Shown: piece by piece, positions 62,401-64,000 of the stretch | How the letters are laid out: every line of letters starts with the position of its first letter | Position numbering within the stretch: position 1 is the stretch's first letter | From: Callorhinchus milii | Lineage: Eukaryota | NCBI RefSeq assembly: GCF_018977255.1 | Contig: NW_024704743.1 | Span: 81,408,001 to 81,472,000 of the forward strand | Direction of reading: 5' to 3' | Length of the DNA stretch: 64,000 nucleotides | Notes under the pieces: model-generated | Told to the model about the DNA's origin: nothing | What the model saw: only the letters and a program-made list of their open reading frames with translations | The model's database searches: none | Made by a program: the position numbers and the translations under genes

Positions 62401-62865
62401 TGCTGTTTATTAGACGTTGTAGTATAAAATGGTCTTTGGCCATATACTAATCTTACTCTGAGAAATCCAACTAATTAGATGCTAGAAATAAAAAACGGAG
62501 GCTGATTAAAAAGCAGCAAGTTGTTACATCCATATTAATTCTCCCTCTTATATTCCAACATAAAATCTCTTAAGATTATTCATCATAACCATAAATGCAA
62601 GGTTCAGATTGCTCTTTTATTTTCCTCTGTCGCCTCATGGCGTGATTTCAACATTTCACTAACCACGACCTTATCAACCCTTGTTTGACTCTAGTTCCAG
62701 ATGTAGAAATAAAAGGGGAAGATTGCAGTTATTACCTGCTCATCCAGGGCAACGGTCGAGGTGGCTGCAAAGGAACCCTTATGCATTCGGCCAATCAGAT
62801 AAACGGAGCTGCAGCTGTTGCCGTTGTGCATGCGATGTTGGATAAAAGAGCTGGAGATGGAGAAG
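35351..62865 (+). CDS. MTBP: Mdm2-binding protein (Treslin/TICRR partner, Sld7-like replication factor), spliced CDS, coding exons 1-12, 3' part outside the window
   Basis: Twelve GT-AG exons (70, 84, 74, 152, 59, 145, 115, 138, 95, 73, 118, 171 nt; 1294 nt) join in one open frame. Motifs [63 protein letters not shown] and HSANQING match vertebrate MTBP as recalled. Head-to-head synteny with MRPL13 is as in mammals. Confidence 0.96.
35742..35825 (+). CDS. MTBP: MTBP coding exon 2
   Basis: aacag|(E)[27 protein letters not shown]|gtaatt; phase fits both neighbours. Confidence 0.85.
36393..36466 (+). CDS. MTBP: MTBP coding exon 3
   Basis: ttgcag|(A)[24 protein letters not shown]|gtaaac. Confidence 0.95.
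37362..37513 (+). CDS. MTBP: MTBP coding exon 4
   Basis: ttacag|[10 protein letters not shown]...[14 protein letters not shown]|gtatgt. Confidence 0.94.
38058..38116 (+). CDS. MTBP: MTBP coding exon 5
   Basis: ttacag|[19 protein letters not shown]|gtaata. Confidence 0.95.
38670..39070 (+). mobile_element. L2-clade LINE 3' end, decayed
   Basis: CCCCATCCTCACTAGGATCCATTGGCTCCC... resembles the other L2 ends. Confidence 0.72.
39718..39812 (+). repeat. 95-bp direct repeat, copy 1 (copy 2 at 40246-40340)
   Basis: The last ~48 nt (CAGTAATTTAATGTACTATTTATGGTTGAGCAGACTGCCTGGCTCAAC) are identical in both copies. Confidence 0.93.
40659..41283 (+). mobile_element. L2-clade LINE 3' end
   Basis: [38 protein letters not shown]...PITPILA; (TTG)n tail; TTGTTCAC at both flanks. 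Confidence 0.92.
42503..42930 (+). pseudogene. Decayed 18S rRNA fragment interrupted by an insertion of about 180 bp
   Basis: AAGAATGTTTTCATTTATCAACAACG...GGAGGTTCAAAG...GCAGCTTCTAGGAAACC and GGGGGAGTATGTTTGCAAAACTGAAACTTAAAGGAATTGAC follow eukaryotic SSU rRNA in order, as recalled. Confidence 0.88.
44056..44200 (+). CDS. MTBP: MTBP coding exon 6
   Basis: gacag|(G)[47 protein letters not shown]|gtaagt. Confidence 0.95.
44815..44929 (+). CDS. MTBP: MTBP coding exon 7
   Basis: ttgtag|[38 protein letters not shown]|gtacag. Confidence 0.95.
44954..45578 (+). repeat. Local duplication, copy 1 (copy 2 at 51540-52216)
   Basis: TGCAGATTTGTCATGAGTACA... runs nearly identically through to the SINE tail in both copies. 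Confidence 0.95.
45297..45578 (+). mobile_element. Same SINE family, A-box region deleted; part of the duplicated block
   Basis: Shares the diagnostic CGGCTGTCAAGCGAGAAACC with 51904-52216. Confidence 0.9.
46667..46870 (-). mobile_element. Same SINE family, 3' half
   Basis: Tail and core. Confidence 0.87.
48330..48646 (+). mobile_element. Same SINE family, near full length, nested in an older SINE
   Basis: Head to (TTA)n tail; flanked by AAGGTCTCAT / AAGATCTCAT. Confidence 0.9.
50184..50508 (+). mobile_element. Same SINE family, full-length young copy nested in an older Deu-type SINE (about 49900-50630)
   Basis: Intact A and B boxes and tail; the host element resumes after the tail. Confidence 0.93.
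51377..51514 (+). CDS. MTBP: MTBP coding exon 8
   Basis: tctcag|[17 protein letters not shown]...SNTMRE|gtgtat. Confidence 0.9.
51904..52216 (+). mobile_element. Same SINE family, full length; part of the duplicated block
   Basis: Head, core and tail present. Confidence 0.92.
52509..52603 (+). CDS. MTBP: MTBP coding exon 9
   Basis: ttttag|[31 protein letters not shown]|gtatcctt (U12-type donor). Confidence 0.93.
53986..54309 (+). mobile_element. Same SINE family, full-length young copy inside the U12-type intron
   Basis: Intact head and (TTA)n tail. Confidence 0.93.
54411..54483 (+). CDS. MTBP: MTBP coding exon 10
   Basis: cacag|(F)[24 protein letters not shown]|gtatgt; the nearer upstream AG gives a stop codon. 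Confidence 0.88.
55730..56088 (+). mobile_element. L2-clade LINE 3' end; shorter relics also near 8645-8960 (-), 49080-49340 (+), 58555-58860 (-), 59040-59250 (-)
   Basis: [17 protein letters not shown]...[16 protein letters not shown]; (TTG)n tail. Confidence 0.82.
57495..57667 (-). mobile_element. Penelope-like element terminal relic with inverted duplication and degenerate hammerhead motif
   Basis: Minus strand reads GTT-CTGACGA-A-AGGT-CATAA-ACCT-GAAAC-ATT-AAC; 37-bp inverted arms; 15-bp direct repeat at the flanks. Confidence 0.7.
57883..58000 (+). CDS. MTBP: MTBP coding exon 11
   Basis: tttcag|[39 protein letters not shown]|gtgagt. Confidence 0.96.
61340..61570 (+). mobile_element. L2-clade LINE 3' terminal fragment, relatively young
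   Basis: CTCTGGACCTCCATCCC...GGGACGTCCTCCCGACGTGAAAGACGCTCTATAAATGTAATTTTGTTG. Confidence 0.82.
62695..62865 (+). CDS. MTBP: MTBP coding exon 12
   Basis: ctctag|(V)[56 protein letters not shown]|gtgaac; donor position inferred from phase. Confidence 0.92.
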
Positions 62866-64000
62866 GTGAACATGACATTTTATTAAGCAGCCAAAATTCT
62901 GCCCTTTTAGTAATTAGATACAAGTCTACATTGTATAACCTTCGTAGACTGCGCAGTGTGTTTTACAAAGGGAATGGGTGAAGCGACACTGAGAGAATCA
63001 TACAAAATGACTAAAGCGGGCAAAGCCTCAGATATTGCTAAGGTTACTTTCTGTTGCAATTGTCAAGGTGTATAAAAATATAGTGTGAAAGGCAGATGGA
63101 ATTGTCTGCTATAATTTGATGATACATTGTAGCAATTAGTGTTAGATGATTAGCCCGTCCAGGCACTTTGGGACGTCCTCCTAACATGAAAGTCACTGTA
63201 CAAATGTAATTTTGCTGCTGTAGATTGCACAGAACTTATTTTCATTTTAAATTTAATGTTTGGTATTACAGCAATCCCTTTCAGGAGTTCTGTGACTTTG
63301 GCCAATTAGTTTCAATTATTTATTCGGAGCTCAAAGGGGTGATATTTCCTAAGCAGTCACTGTTCAAACCAAAGAACTGTTGGCTAGTGAAGTTGCTGTT
63401 CATTGTAATTGTGGAATAATACTTTTCGGAACAAAGAGTTTAGGGGATTGTTCCAGTTATTTGTATCCCAAAAGGCATGAGAGGATTCTGACTTGTGCTG
63501 GAACTCAAGGGCTGGAATTGCTTCATTTTAAAGGAAAACGTCAAATAGCATCTCCCCAAATTATCCAGACACTGTTCCCAAGAATCTGGCTCCTTCCCAC
63601 TGACAGACATTGAAATAAAAAGGAGGATTGGATTTTTCCTCTTGAACTCAAGGATACATATCTTTACAAAGGGGTCTGTAATCTTTTTCAAAGGCTTTTA
63701 ATTACATAATTACTGGCATCTGTAATTCCATCTCTTTATACATGCATTTATGCATGGCTCACACAACTTGCATAATAGCCCCAGTGTTGAAAATCTGATG
63801 GATCATCATTAAGTAAAAATGAGAAGTTGTTCTTCCTTCCTAATCACTGATTCTTCTGAACGCGGAATTAACAAAGAAAATACAAAATAATGGATAGATT
63901 CTTATTTTTGATGCCTTAGAAACATATAAAATGAAAGGAGCTAGACCAAATTATAGTGTTAGAGAAGAAAAGCTTGAAAATTGGCTACAGGTTGTGGAAT

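Noticed and set aside
63380..63613. ORF containing LLHFKGKRQI, loosely like the next MTBP exon
   Set aside because: Similarity is too weak and no fitting phase-1 acceptor and donor pair was found.

Overview
Eukaryotic (vertebrate) genomic DNA. The repeat content (tRNA/Deu-type SINEs with L2 tails, L2, CR1 and Penelope relics) suggests a cartilaginous fish, possibly a chimaera; this is an inference. The window holds a head-to-head gene pair around a CpG-rich bidirectional promoter at about 31.5-31.9 kb. MRPL13 is on the - strand: coding exons 1-5, 131 codons, with the last exons presumably left of the window. MTBP is on the + strand: a putative non-coding first exon plus 12 coding exons, 431 codons, continuing right of the window. 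All exons were assembled by hand and have GT-AG ends with consistent phases. Gene and repeat names rest on my recall of the human proteins and repeat consensuses, not on a search. Most ORFs in the supplied track are artefacts of repeats. The more unusual observations are: a probable U12-type intron in MTBP; a ~630-680 bp block duplicated at the same offset behind two consecutive MTBP exons; mirror-oriented CACTGACC-core satellites opening the first intron of both genes; a Penelope-like insertion with a degenerate minimal hammerhead ribozyme; a decayed, interrupted 18S rRNA fragment; a 95-bp duplicated hairpin; and an unclassified ~600-bp repeat seen five times, only in MRPL13 introns. I found no firm evidence of a wholly new protein-coding system.
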